A stretch of DNA of 64,000 nucleotides from Chiloscyllium plagiosum (Eukaryota). This document shows, piece by piece, positions 26,326 to 38,261 of this stretch (its first letter is position 1; every line of letters begins with the position of its first letter). The position numbers and the translations under genes were made by a program. The notes beneath the pieces are model-generated. The model made no database searches and had not been told where the DNA came from. It was given only the letters and a program-made list of their open reading frames with translations. Where the stretch lies: the NCBI RefSeq assembly GCF_004010195.1, contig NC_057755.1, forward strand, positions 1,725,306-1,789,305, in the 5' to 3' direction.

Positions 26326-26474
26326 CGATTTGGAGATGCCAGTGTTGGACTGGAGTGTACAAAGTTAAAAAATCACATAACACCAGGTTATAGTCCAACC
26401 GGTTTAATTGGAAGCATACTAGCTTTCGAAGCGAAGCTCGTTAGGACTATAACCTGTGTTGTATGATTTTTAAC
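26326..26474. mobile_element. Second short fold-back Penelope-derived element (asymmetric)
   Basis: Same start as the 2143 element (gatttggagatgcc.gtgttggactgg.gtgtacaaagttaaaaa) with a short inverted tail ending gatttttaac. Flanking repeat TAAATGCA(T/G)CCA at 26314-26325 and 26475-26486. Confidence 0.78.
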
Positions 26475-26920
26475 TAAATGCAGCCAGACCACGACCCTCC
26501 CTGTAGTGGCGTGGCTAGTGCAGCAGAGGATAGTATTGCATCACGTGCAATGCATGGGTGCTGTATTGCACTATTGTAACTTTTCACCCCATGATAAGAT
26601 ATTTCTATTTGAGACTGCACTGGAGCATTATCTCACTGCAAAGGGCACGTTTAGTGCTGAAAAATAGTGGCCCCAGCTTTTTTTAACACACATACGTTCG
26701 TTTATTCATAACATGTGGAATTCATGGAACATGGTTCTTAACTGCACTGCTGAACATTGCTCTGAAAGTAGACAATGTTGCGACAGAAATAAATGTTTGT
26801 TGGTTCTAATAATATCATTAAATCACCTGCTCCAATTTCTTACATCAAAACAGCTCTTTAATCATTACTGATGAGAGAGACCATACATTTAATCGTCAAA
26901 TATTTTCTGACCAAATATTG

Positions 26921-27230
26921 ATTAGATTAGATTACTTGCAGTGTGGAAACAGGCCATTTAGCCCAACAAGTCTACACCGACCCACCGAAGTGGAACCCAT
27001 CCCCCTACATTTACCCCTTCACCTAACGCTACAGACAATTTAGCATGGCCAATTCACCTAACCTGCACATTTTTGGATTGTGGGAGGAAACCGGAACACC
27101 CAGAGGAAACCCACGCAGACACGGGGAGAATGTGCAAACTCAACACAGAGAGTCGTCTGAGGTGGGAAATGAACCCGGGTCTCTGGCGCAATGAGGCAGC
27201 AGTGCTAACCACTGTGCCATAGTGCCACCC
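26921..27230 (-). mobile_element. HE1/V-SINE-type SINE
   Basis: Reverse complement colinear with 9622-9951; (agatt)n tail at 26921. Confidence 0.9.
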
Positions 27231-27410
27231 ATATTCTATTTAATTTCATCAGAATTCACTGTAGCATTTGATGTTTATTGAAACTTACAGAGGATCCAGC
27301 TGAGAGTAATTACTCAGTAGCAAATTCTACTTCTATTGACAATTCCTTTGGGTTGAGCTATAATGGGGAATTTGCAGGCTCCCACCTCAACTCTCTCATT
27401 TCACAGTGGT

Positions 27411-28061
27411 AGAACATAGAACATAGAATAATACAGCGCAGTACAGGCCCTTCGGCCATCGATGTTGCGCCGATCCAAGCTCACCTAACCTACACTAGCC
27501 CACTATCCTCCATATGCCTATCCAATGCCCGCTTAAATGCCCATAATGAGAGAGAGTCCACCACTGCTACTGAGAGGGCATTCCATGAACTCACGACTCG
27601 CTGAGTAAAGAACCTACCCCTAACATCTGTCCTATTCCTACCCCCCCCCTTAATTTAAAGCTATGCCCCCTTGTAATAACTGACTCCATACGTGGAAAAG
27701 GATTCTCACTGTCGACCCTATCTAAACCCCTAATCATCTTGTACACCTCTATCAAGTCACCCCTAAACCTTCTTTTCTCCAATGAAAACAACCTCAAGCG
27801 CCTCAGCCTTTCCTCATACAATCTTCCTACCATACCAGGCAACATCCTGGTAAACCTCCTCTGCACCCGTTCCAGTGTCTCCACATCCTTCCTATAGTAT
27901 GGCGACCAAAACTGCACACAATACTCCAGATGTGGCCGGACCAGAGTCTTATACAAATGCAACATGACCTCAGGACTCCGGAACTCAATTCCTCTACCAA
28001 TAATAGCCAGTACGCCATATGCCTTCTTCACCGCACTATTTACCTGGGTGGCAACTTTCAA
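27411..28061 (-). mobile_element. Young 5'-truncated CR1 LINE
   Basis: Near-intact ORF2 C-terminus (LYKTLVRPHLEYCVQFWSPYYRKD...RGDLIEVYK) and (ttctatg)n tail. Confidence 0.92.
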
Positions 28062-28064
28062 AGT

Positions 28065-28600
28065 TGGTGATGGGTCTCTGTCAGGAATGTGATTGCGTAT
28101 TTCCCAAATTGCCTACAGGAGTGTTCATCCCACTAACGCTCAAGAAGCTCAAAACCGTCCCAGACAAAGCAGCCCACTTGACTGGCACCACATCCTCAAG
28201 CATCCACGTCCTCCGCAACAGACGCTCAGTCGCAGCAGTGTGTACCATCTCCAAGATGTACTGCAGAAATCAGCAACCATCGTTATTCAACATCTTTCAA
28301 ACCCATGAACATTTCCGCCTGGAAGGACAGGGCGATCAGATACATGGGGCCATGCAAATTCTGCTAATTCCCCTCCAATTCATTCAACATCCTGATTTGA
28401 AAATATATCATCATTCCTTCAGTGTCGCTTGGTCAAAATCCTGAATTTCCCTCCCTAAAACTATTGTAGGTCTACCTGCATAAATCGACTGTAGTGGTTA
28501 AAGAAGGCAGCTCAAGATCACCTTCCCAAGGGGCAACTAGGGGCGGGTAATAAATGCTGACCCAACAAGTGATGCCTACGTCTTACGAGCGAATAAAAAA
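28065..28600 (+). mobile_element. 3' end of a second LINE family (CR1/L2-clade), ending AATAAAAAA
   Basis: ORF 28019-28444 (LKKLKTVPDKAAHLTG...RRSVAAVCTISKM) resembles a LINE ORF2 C-terminus. The tail taaatgctg...gaataaaaaa is shared with the remnant at about 18165-18240. Confidence 0.65.
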
Positions 28601-28646
28601 GAAACTCCTTTCAATAGTATCCTCCTGTGACATTAGGGGAGAAGTT

Positions 28647-29548
28647 TTATTTATTCATAATGTAAGTAATTCCTTTGACCAGATATTTTATTGTGTTACT
28701 AATCTTCGCTCTGAACCTGGACAATGTTGCTGCGTAAATAAATGTGTTTGTGCAACAATTTAACCTCTGCAGCATGAAACCAACAATACTGAAGTGGTAC
28801 AGAAAAGGCGAATAATCATCAGGTTGGATTCCTTGCATGACATAATATAAGAAATCTAAAACAACAATTAACCAAAGGAGTATGTAGCTCCCAGATATGG
28901 TGAAGAGCAAAATCACTGATTTTCTTCTGCTCTCCATCTCTGGGTCTCTGCAATTCTCTCCTTTGTTCTCACTCTTCAGCCTCTTTCGGACACGACTGGT
29001 TACTAAAATGTGTCTGACTGTCACAGCATTGAGCAACAGAATTAAAGCGAATGGCAGTAAAGGGGTCAACACTGTATCAAGCCAATCTAATGCTACCCAC
29101 CAAGTCTCAGTATAGTAGCTTGACTTCGTTTTGCAGTAGAATGGCATGTTGTTGATTATCTTCCAAGGCTCATATTGAAAATAGAAGGGGATGTTTTTCA
29201 AACAGAAGAGGGTGCTGATTGTTACGAGAACCACAGTTGCAGTTTTCGCAGTGCTATATGTTGTTCTCAGCTTCTGACAACAAATGGTTACAAACCGATC
29301 AAAGGAAAATGCCACAGTGAACCAGACTGAGCAGTCCCTGGCTGCACGAAACAGGACCATGTTGAGACTACAGACAGGTGTGATATCCAGGAAACACAAT
29401 GGGTAATAATAAATGCGAAAGCTTCTCAGTACAACATCAACAAAAATGACCATCAGATCGGCAGCTGCCATGACCACCAGGTAGCGAGTTGTGCAAGGAG
29501 AAACACCACACTTTCCACGAGAAAGGATAACAATCGCCAGCAAATTAA
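28647..29548 (-). CDS. GPR139-like orphan class A GPCR gene 1, exon 2 (spliced product 322 aa)
   Basis: Acceptor tttatgttccacag|TT AAT TTG (G+TT = Val, then the TM1 Asn). Open to TAA at 28647. Motifs YLVVMAAADL (TM2), PVC and FSFDRF (TM3), ECL2 Cys (FYC), PLLPF (TM5), LLFTIS...LLW (TM6), NCCTNTFIY (TM7), SRFR (helix 8). Confidence 0.93.
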
Positions 29549-30614
29549 CTGTGGAACATAAATGTGAAAATGTGCCTTCAATGACTGATCAGAAATCCCT
29601 CCTCCGTGTTCTACAGAACAATAAGATTTTACCAACATATTGTGACATATTGTATCAGTGGAAGTGGTTGGGGTTTGAGTGACTTTGAATTTTAAGACTT
29701 TCAAAAACAGATCATTCCCTCGCTCAATCTTCCCAGAGATTAGAAGTTTGCACAGGGACTGACGTTACAGCCAGTACTTGGAGAGCAGTAGGAAATCTGT
29801 AATGTTGTTTAGATGTAAAACAACAGATTAATTGTCTGTAGTAGATTCTTACAGTTCTCAACTCCAACTCTAGCAGGTACAGATTCCCATTATAAACCAC
29901 GTTCCCACTTAGTCAATGGGCTGGTGATTGGACAGTCAATAAACAAATCTCACCGCTTCTCCTTTAGTTAAATTATCCCCTGCACTTCCATCGGACTAAA
30001 TCATGATCAGAGCCACAAAAGGACAAGGAAACATCTCATCAGAACCTGCATAGGATTTCAAACAAGATTATTCCATGTATCTTTTATAAAACAGCATAAC
30101 AGTGCACGTTTGGATCCCTTCGTGAATACATGTGAGCCTTCTGATTGCATTGACATTTATACTGTAAATTTTAACACCTATACATGACAAACGTATCTAT
30201 GTGCAGGGATCAGGACGGCAATCTGCAAAGATTTGAATTCCCTAATTAGAGAGAGAGTGAGGATGAGGTAATTACCAGAAGGGCTGGCATTTAAATCAAG
30301 CTTTACATTTCAACATGGGGTGCATATTGCTCAATTCCTTAGTTTAACCAAAGATAATCTGTCTCAGAATTAAAATTCACAAATGGCCCAGCATCCACTC
30401 CCGTTTGTGGAATATGGAACCAAACCTTCTCCATACGTTGTGTGTCAAAGTGCTTCTATTAACTCACCTGAATGTTCTGGCCCCAATTCTCAGACTATAT
30501 CCCCTCATTATGGAATCCCCAACCAATGGAAATCATTTATCCTTTCCTGTCTTGTAGGACATCGCTTAGATCACCCATTAACCTTCCAAATTCTAGCGAA
30601 AATAGGCCTCGTTT

Positions 30615-30710
30615 GGAAAACAAAAATGGAAATTGCTCAGCGGATGTCTAGCATCTGTGAGAAAGAAAGCAGAGTGAAAGTTTTGGGTCCTGTGGTCTTT
30701 CTTCAGAACT
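30615..30710 (-). mobile_element. Short Penelope-like terminal fragment in gene 1 intron
   Basis: Minus strand ctgaagaaagaccacaggacccaaaactt...cagatgct, similar to the 19035 fragment. Confidence 0.5.
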
Positions 30711-30985
30711 AACTTGGATGATCTCTCCTCACACCTTCAAACGGTATGGAACCGGAACAGATGACAGAACACTGAGATCAGAAAATACTGCAGCAACAGT
30801 GAAGTTTGGAATCTCTGTCAGTGAGGACTTGTACAGAGAATGCTTCTAAGTGAATTGCTGTCACTGTTCCGTTGCCTGGATAAGGCTGACCAGTCAGTAA
30901 GCTCGAGACGTAATTTTTCAATAGATAAAATCAGAGAACAGATTGGCAGCAGATTAAAAGAAGTTCAATTGCCATAATACCATAC

Positions 30986-31052
30986 CAGGGATACTAATAA
31001 AAGCAAGGGTCGTGTAGAACACTTTCTCCACGTGATCAATTGGTCGATGCAT
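30986..31052 (-). CDS. GPR139-like GPCR gene 1, exon 1 (MHRPIDHVEKVFYTTLAFISIP + G)
   Basis: aaaaATG at 31052, 22 codons + 1 nt, CCT G|GTATGG donor. Joins exon 2 in frame across a 1437-nt intron and completes TM1 (..ISIP-V-NLLAIVIL). Confidence 0.88.
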
Positions 31053-31138
31053 TTTTCTGAGAGAGGTGACCTGTCCTTTCAGGCAGCTGACAAACTCCTT
31101 GTCTGAAACTCTGAACTAAAGCATTTCTAGAGATGCTG

Positions 31139-31147
31139 CCTTATACT
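31139..31147 (-). promoter_or_regulatory. Candidate TATA box of GPCR gene 1
   Basis: Minus strand agTATAAgg about 90 nt upstream of the ATG; support is positional only. Confidence 0.35.
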
Positions 31148-31440
31148 ATGTGGAAGCTCCTTGGGGAGATTGAAGTTACAACATTTCTCGGTTTTGTTGA
31201 TGTTTTTCAAATTTCTTTAAATAAACAAATTAATTACAAGAATCCATTTAATCGCAATTATTGCAGCGCTGTATCACAATAGAATAACAAAAACAATCTG
31301 GAATATTCCAGGAATAATCCAGTCCACTGAAACACCATGAGTGCGATCTTGAGATGACAAATTATTTCAACTGATGTTTCCCCTAGACAATTTATTTCAA
31401 ATGTGAATTAATGTCTTAGGGCTGTCCTTCTGCAAGCACA

Positions 31441-31765
31441 GGGTGGCAGAGTGGCTCAGTCGTCAACGCTGCTGCCTCACAGCGCTAGGGAGGTCCTGGT
31501 TAGATTCTAGCCACGTGTGACTCTCTGGGAGGAGTTTGCATATTCTCCCTGTGTCTGTGTCGATTTTGTTTAGGTACTCCGGTTTCCTGCCATAGCCCAA
31601 ACATGTATTGGTTAGGTGAATTCATTATATAAAATGGCCCATAGTCTTCATGGATGTGCAGGTTAGGTGCATTAGTCAAGGGTAAATATAGGATAATAGA
31701 GTCAGGTAGGGTAAGGGTCTGGGTTAGTTACTCTTAGGAGGGTCGGTGTGGACATGTTGGCCCTA
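31441..31765 (+). mobile_element. Diverged HE1/V-SINE-type SINE
   Basis: gggtggcagagtggctcag head, V-like core, gggtcggtgtggac tail. Confidence 0.82.
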
Positions 31766-31781
31766 GGTACCGATTCTATCA

Positions 31782-32768
31782 GCTGAAAAATGTGTTTCTG
31801 GAAAAGTGAAGCAGGTCAGGCAGCATCCAAGGAGTAGGAGAATCAATGTTTCGGGCATAACCCCTTCTTCAGGGTTGGAACTGAGATAAGGTGGAGGGAG
31901 GGGAAATGAGGAAGCTGGAGAAATCTGCATTCATCCCTAGGGGGAAGATGAGGCGCTCTTCCTCCAGGCGTCGTGTTGCCAGGATCTTGGCGATGGAGGA
32001 GGCCAAGGACCTGCATGTCATTAGTGGAATGGGAGGGGACATTAAAGTGTTCAGCCACAGGGCGGTTGCGTTGGTTGGTGTGAGTGACCCAGAGGTGTTC
32101 TCTGAAACGTTCCACAAGTAGGCGGCCTGTCTCCCCAATGTAGAGGAGGCCACATCGGGTGCAGCGGATGCAGTAAATGATGTGTGTGGAATGTATCTGG
32201 AGGTTGGTGGGGTGGTAGGTGAGGACTAGTGGGGTTCTGTCCTGGTGGCAATTTTAGGGGCGGGGTTCAAGGGCGGATGAGCGGGAAGTGGAGGAGATGC
32301 GGTGGAGAGCATCGTCAACCACGTCTGAGGGGAAATTCCGGTCTTTGAAGTAGGAGGCCATCTGGGTTGTTCAGCTTTGGAATTGGTTGTCCTGGAAGCA
32401 GATGCGGCGAAGGTGAAGGAATTGGGAATATGGGATGGCGTTTTTACAGGGGGCAGGGTGGGAGGAGGTGTAATCTAGGTAGCTGTGGGAGTAGGTCGGT
32501 TTATAGTAAATGTCTGTGTTGAATCGGTCGCCCGAGATAGAAATGGAGAGGTCTAGGAAGGGGAGGGAGAAGTCTGAGACGGTCCAGGTAAATTTGAGGT
32601 CGCGGTGGAAGGTGGATGAACTGTTCAATCTCCTCGTGGGAGCACGAGGCAGCGCCAATACAGTCATTGATGTAGCGGAGGAAAAGGTGGGGGATGGTAC
32701 CAGTGCAGCTGCGGAAGATGGACTGTTCCACATATCCGACAAAGAGACAGGCATAGCTGGGGTCCATG
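31782..32768 (-). mobile_element. Internally deleted Penelope-like element, same family as 22063-24875
   Basis: PSYACLFVGYVEQ...FLRYINDC, LPFLDLSI...DIYYKPT, YIGETGR, RRLEEERLIF. Terminal hammerhead-like motif cctgaagaaggggttatgcccgaaac at about 31848-31873. Confidence 0.9.
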
Positions 32769-33039
32769 CGTGCCTATGCGCTGTCGTCTTTAAACAAGAA
32801 CATTTTATTCTCTGATTGAAATGTGATTCTTTGCACACATTTATTGTGTGAATTGCTGCCGAGGTCATCATTTATTTCCCATGACTAAGTCCCCAGGATC
32901 TGGAGTCACAGGAAGGACCAAATGAAGGGGAACATTCCGCCTTTGCTCAGGGAAGGGGTCTCAGTAAACAAGAAAGGGTTTCCAACAATGGAAACATCAC
33001 TGACATCACTCTTGACGTCACATTGATACAAGCAGTTCT

Positions 33040-33292
33040 TCACATATACTCACTCGTAAATGCTAATGCAGATAACAGGACGCACACGCTTACACACTCT
33101 CACATTCACCGTCCTTGTTTCACACTCACGTTCATCCACATTCTCACACTCACATTTATAAATGCAATTTTTCACACTCGCATATCCACTGACATACATT
33201 TGTGAGCACTCACTACCTCCGACAGATACTTTCACACATGTTATTTCACACACAAACTATTTCAAGCTCGCACTTTCACGCACATGCATACA
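33040..33292. repeat. Degenerate CA-rich low-complexity tract
   Basis: Repeated cacact/cacatt motifs. Confidence 0.6.
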
Positions 33293-33444
33293 GAAATCGA
33301 TTGCGAAGCATATGAATAAAGAACAACCACATGATGATTGGTCCACGAGCTCCACAGGTTCACAATAATGACTGAAGTACGGACTAATAACAGTGTGGTT
33401 GGAGCTGTGCTCACTCCAGTGCTGCACAGTAGGTCAGACATCGT

Positions 33445-33572
33445 TGTTCAGTGATTAGCACACCTACTTCACAGCATCAGGGACCCAGGTTTAATTCCAG
33501 TCTCCGGCGACTGCTTGTGTGGAATTTGTACGTTCTCTCCCTGTCTGTGTGGGTTTCCTCCTACTGTCCAAA
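33445..33572 (+). mobile_element. SINE 5' half
   Basis: cagtgattagcac...gggacccaggtttaattccag...tgtggaatttgtacgttctc. Confidence 0.75.
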
Positions 33573-33579
33573 GAGTAAA

Positions 33580-35540
33580 CAAAATTAACAGGCCTGTTGG
33601 CCCTTCAAGCCTGTGCGGATCCAAATCCACTGTCTAAACCTATCGCCCAATTCCTAAGGATCTGCATCCATCTACGCCCCACCCACTTATGCATCTCTCT
33701 AGATGCACATTACATGAATCTACCTCACTACCTCTACTGGCAATGCGTTCCAGGCACCTACCACCTCTGTGTAAAGTACGTTCCCGAGTGTATTCCCCTT
33801 AAGCTTTTCTCCTCTCACCTTGAACGTGTGACCTCACGTTGTTGAGTCCCTCATCCTCGGAAAAAAACATGTCTCTATACCCGGTGTGATTTTCTAGACC
33901 TCAATCAGGCATCCCCCCTCAATGTCCTTTTTTACTAATGAAAAATGTTCCATACTACTCAACCTCTCTTCCTAGCCAGCCCCTTCCTTACCAGGCAACA
34001 TCCCCGTCAACCTTCTCTGCACCCTCTCCAAAGCATCCACGCCGTGTAGATAATGTGGCGATCAAAACTGTTGACAGCATTCTAAATGCGGCTGAACCAA
34101 TGTCTTATGCAATTTAAACATGATCTGCCAGCTCTTATACTCAATACTCCCTCTGATGAATGCAAGAATACCATCTGCCTTCTTCACCACTCCATCCACC
34201 TGTACAGCCACCTTCAGTGTATAATGGACCTGAACTCCCAGATCTCTCTGCTCATTAACTTTTCCCAGGGCTCTTCCGTTTACAGCAAGGTTCGCTCTAG
34301 AATTAGATCTTCCTAAATCAACTCACATTTGCTTGGATTGAATTCCATCTGCCAATTCTCCTCCCAAATCTTCAGTCTTTCTATATTATCCTGTATTCGT
34401 TGACTGTCCCTTATGATTCTGCTACTCCACGAATCATCGTGTCATCTGCCAACTTGCTTATCATACCAATAGTGCCCTCTTCCAGATCACTAACGCATAT
34501 CACAAACACAATGGCCTCAGCACTGATCCCTGTGGAATACCACTGGTCACCTTTCTCCATTTCGAGAAACTCCCTTCAGCTACCACTCTCTGTCCCCTGT
34601 TGCTCACAAAGTTCGCTATCCACCTAGCTAGAACACCTTGACCACCATAAGACTTCACTTTTTTCATTAGATTATCATAGGGAACCTTATCAAACGCCTT
34701 ATTAAAGTCCATGTATATGATATCTACAGCACTTCCTTCGTCTATCAACTTGGCCACTTTCTCAAACAACTCTATTACGTTTTTTATGGTACGAAATCCC
34801 CTACATAAAGCATGATGCCTATCACTAATAAGGCCATTCTCTTCCAACTATAAATAGGTCCCATCAAACAGTACCTTCTCCTGGAAAGTACGCACGACTG
34901 ATGCCAGTCTGTAGTTACCTGAAATATCACTATTATCATTCTTGAATAAAGGGATAATATTAGCAACTCTCCAGTCCTCCAGCACCTCACCTGTGTTTAA
35001 GGATGATATAAAGGTATCCGCCAGGACCCAAGCAATTTCCACTCTTGACCTCACGCTCACTGTTGGGAGACCTGGAGTGCTGCTCCAACAACATAACTGC
35101 ATCCTTCTTATTTCTCAGCTCTCCCCATAATGCCTCGTTGTTCAATCCCTCCATAGTGTCCTCCATTCGCACAGCCGTGATGTCATCTCTAACCAGCAAT
35201 GCAACTCCTCCCCTCCTCCCGCCCCCACCTTTTACTACCCTGTCTGTCCTGTCTGAAGCATCTATACCCTGGAAAATTTACTTGGCAATCATGCCCTTCC
35301 TTCAACCAAGTTTCAGTGGGCTCAATGACGTCATATTCCCAGGCACAAATCTAAGCATTAAGTTCATCAGCCATAAACACTATACTCCTTGCATTAAAGC
35401 AGATGCAGTTCAGATCATCAGTTCCTATGCACTCATCTGCTCTCTGCCTACTCTTTCTCGTGGTAATTCTAACTTGATCCTGTTCCTTACGTTCTCTGGT
35501 TTCCACATCACTGCCTACTAGTCGTCTCTTCTGGTTCCCA
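33580..35540 (-). mobile_element. Degenerate CR1 LINE with large internal deletions
   Basis: VDIIYMDFNKAFDKVP...SGIPQGSVL, WRVANIIPLFK, endonuclease remnants (EALWGELRNKK), and 3' tail. Confidence 0.88.
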
Positions 35541-35764
35541 CGATGATGTGCAGGTTAGGGTGGATTGGCAATGCCATCTTGCCTAGCATTCATAGATGTG
35601 TGGTCTGATGGTAATGCACCGATACAGGGATGGGATGTTGGGTTGTACTGAGTGTGGCTGGGATGCACTTCAGAAGCTCGGTGTTGACGTGTTGTGCTAA
35701 ATGGTTGTTTGCATTCTTTTGGGATTCGATAAATTCTACGAATGAAAAGGCTTGCCCATTGTCA

Positions 35765-35993
35765 TCCAGATAGACAACAGAAGGCTGGAAGAACAGAGCC
35801 AGCCAGGCAGCATCGGGAGGTGACGAATTTAATATTTTGGGTGTAAGCCTTCTTTAGTCCTCATAAGAGATGGAGTAAAAAGAGTGGAAGGAAAAAAAGA
35901 GAGCTGGAAAGAGAGAGAGAGTTGGGGTGGGTACTCGGGGCACGGGGAGGCAAACGGTGAGGACAAGGGAGAGAGGGAGAAAGGAGGGATGGA

Positions 35994-36034
<41 letters not shown>

Positions 36035-36160
36035 GGGGGGAAAGTGTCCTGAAGAATGGTTCTACCCGAAAAGTTGAATTCTCCACCTCATGATATTACC
36101 TGGCTTGTCCAGTTCTTCCAACCGCCTGCTTGATTACCCTGGACTCCAGCATCTGCACTT
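35765..36160. mobile_element. Fold-back Penelope-like terminal element with internal purine-rich/(GA)n spacer
   Basis: Left aggctggaagaac..gccagccaggcagcatc is inverted against right gatattacctggcttgtccagttcttccaaccgcct. Hammerhead-like ctgaagaatggttctacccgaaa at about 36049. (GA)n at about 35995-36032. Confidence 0.6.
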
Positions 36161-36359
36161 TTGTTTTTGTTTTTTACCATTGCCACACAAATTCCAGCGT
36201 GGTTTATGATCTATGATTGGGCAAGGCAGTTGTCAAGCAGACATGAAGTGATGACTATCTGCTGTCTCTGACTGGTTGATATGGTTGACAGTCATTTGTA
36301 GAGTTATCTGACTGGCTGGAATGACTGCCAGTGACTGGGCACAGTCCTCTGAATAAAAC

Positions 36360-37285
36360 GTTTGCTCCATAGTTCTTTTCTAAATCTCTTCTCTCTCAAC
36401 TTAAACGTTTCCCTTTTCCAAACTGTAACCAGATCATGTCTATGCTACTCAAGATTTTATAAACCTCTATACGATCACCCATTAGCTTCCAAAGCTGAAG
36501 GGAAAACAGACCCAGCCTCTCCCTTCAGCGCAAACCGTCCAAACCAGGCAGAATCCATTCAAATCTTTTCTGAATACTTTCAAGTTTTACGACATCTTTA
36601 CTGTAGCAGGGAGGCCAGAATTGAACGCTGTACTTTAAAAGTCGTTGAATTCATTTTCTATACACCCGCAACGTGCTCTCCCAATTCCGATACTCAATGC
36701 ACTGGCCAATAAATTCAAGCATACCAAACGCCTTCTTCATCACATGTCTCCTGTGACTCCTCTTTCCAGGAATTATGAACCTGCACTACAAGGCCTCGTT
36801 GTTCAACAACAGTCCCCAGGACCTCACTATTAAATGTATAAGTCATGCCCTGATTTGCCTTACAAATATGCTGCACCTCACTTTCATGTAAGTTAATTCA
36901 TCTGCCACTCCTCTGCTCATTTACCCACCTGATCAAGTCCCATTGTACTCTCAGGTAATCTTCGTTATTGTCTACCACATCACCAATCTTCATGTCATCT
37001 GCAACCTTATTAACCATGCATCCTGTATTCACAGTCAGGTCATTCATATGAATGACAATAAACAAGAACACAGCACCAATCCTTGCAGCACACCGTTGGT
37101 CACAAGCCTCCAGTCCAAAAGAAAACAGCCCTGCATCACTATCCTCTGTCCATTACCTTCAAGCCAAGTTCATATTCAAATCGCTAGCTCTGCATTATGT
37201 TCCATATGATCTAACCGTGCGAACTAGTCTTACAGATATATCCTTGTCAAATGCCTTACTAAAGCCCAGATAAATAACGTCCATC
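36360..37285 (-). mobile_element. Old CR1 RT/3' fragment
   Basis: gtcatctgcaacctt (FADD on minus), ttgtcaaatgccttactaaag (FSKAFDK on minus), and 3' coding remnants. Confidence 0.8.
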
Positions 37286-37288
37286 ACA

Positions 37289-37442
37289 AGGCTCAAATAC
37301 AAAGTAGGACGACACGTTCTTTAAATGACGCAGGAAATGGGTTGTTGCTCGAAGCACAGCTGCCATTTTGTTTTCTGCTTCTGGAAACAAATGGCCACAA
37401 ATCAGTCAAAGGAGAAAGTGATGATGAAGCAGGCAGAGTTGT
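37289..37442 (-). pseudogene. GPR139-like GPCR pseudogene B, TM3-TM4 remnant
   Basis: Minus strand NSACFIITFSFD*FVAICFQKQKTK / MAAVLRATTHFLRHLKNVSSYFVFEP versus gene 1 DCSVWFTVAFSFDRFVTICCQKLRTT...LFCLKNIPFYFQYEP. Stop at 37402-37404 replaces the DRF Arg. Confidence 0.85.
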
Positions 37443-37444
37443 AT

Positions 37445-38250
37445 GCATTGGATGTAGGTTTGCTCGCTAAGCTGGGTGGTTCATTTCCAGACGTTTCATT
37501 GCCTTACTAGGTAACATCTTCAGTGGACTTATGCAAAGCAATGCTGAAACTTCCTGCTTTCTATTTATATGCTTGGGTTTCTTTGGGACAGTGATGTCAT
37601 TTCCTTTGGTGATGTTATTTCCTGTAGTGAAATCACTTCCTGTTCCTTTTCTCAGGGGGTGGTAGTTGGGGTCTAAAACGATGTGTTTGTTGATAGAGTT
37701 CAGGTTGGAATGCCATGCTTATCGGAATTCTCGTGCATGTCTTTGTTTGGCTTGTCCTAGGATGGATTTATTATCCGAATCGAAGTGGTTTCCTTCCTCG
37801 TCCGTATGTGAGGATACTAGTGAGAGAGGGTCATGTCTTTTTGTGGCTAGTTGGTGTTCATGTACCCTGGTGGCTAGTTTTCTGCCTGCTTGTCCAATGT
37901 ATTGTTTGTTACAGTCCTTGAACGGTATTTTGTAAATGACATTAGTTTTGCTCATTGTCTGTATAGGGTCTTTCAAGTTCATTATGTGCTATTTTAGTGT
38001 GTTGGTGGGTTTGTGGGATACCATGATGCCAAGGTGTCTGATTAGTCTGGCAGTCATATCTGAGATGTTTTTGATGTGGGGGAGAGTGGCTCGGGTTTCT
38101 GGGCGTGTTTTGTCTGCTTGTTTGGGTTTATTGATGAGATATCGACGGACTGGCTTCATTGGGTACCCATTCTTTTGTACACACTGTGAAGGTGATGTTT
38201 CTCTGCTCTGCATAGTTCCTTTGTGCTGCAGTGTGACTTGGCTCGTAGAA
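37445..38250 (-). mobile_element. Penelope-like element (distinct family), GIY-YIG 3' part, inserted in pseudogene B
   Basis: NVIYKIPFKDCNKQYIGQAGRKLATRVHEH and LPHIKNISDMTARL. Terminal ccactgaagatgttacctagtaaggcaatgaaacgtctgg hammerhead-like motif at about 37487-37526. Confidence 0.88.
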
Positions 38251-38261
38251 ATCATGTTCTG

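Noticed and set aside
28647..29548. Calling the receptors opsins, ORs, TAARs or V1R/V2Rs, or the true GPR139 orthologue
   Set aside because: There is no TM7 retinal-binding Lys, no MAYDRY or PMLNP OR motifs and no large V2R ectodomain. Multiple divergent tandem copies argue against one-to-one orthology, so no gene symbol was assigned.
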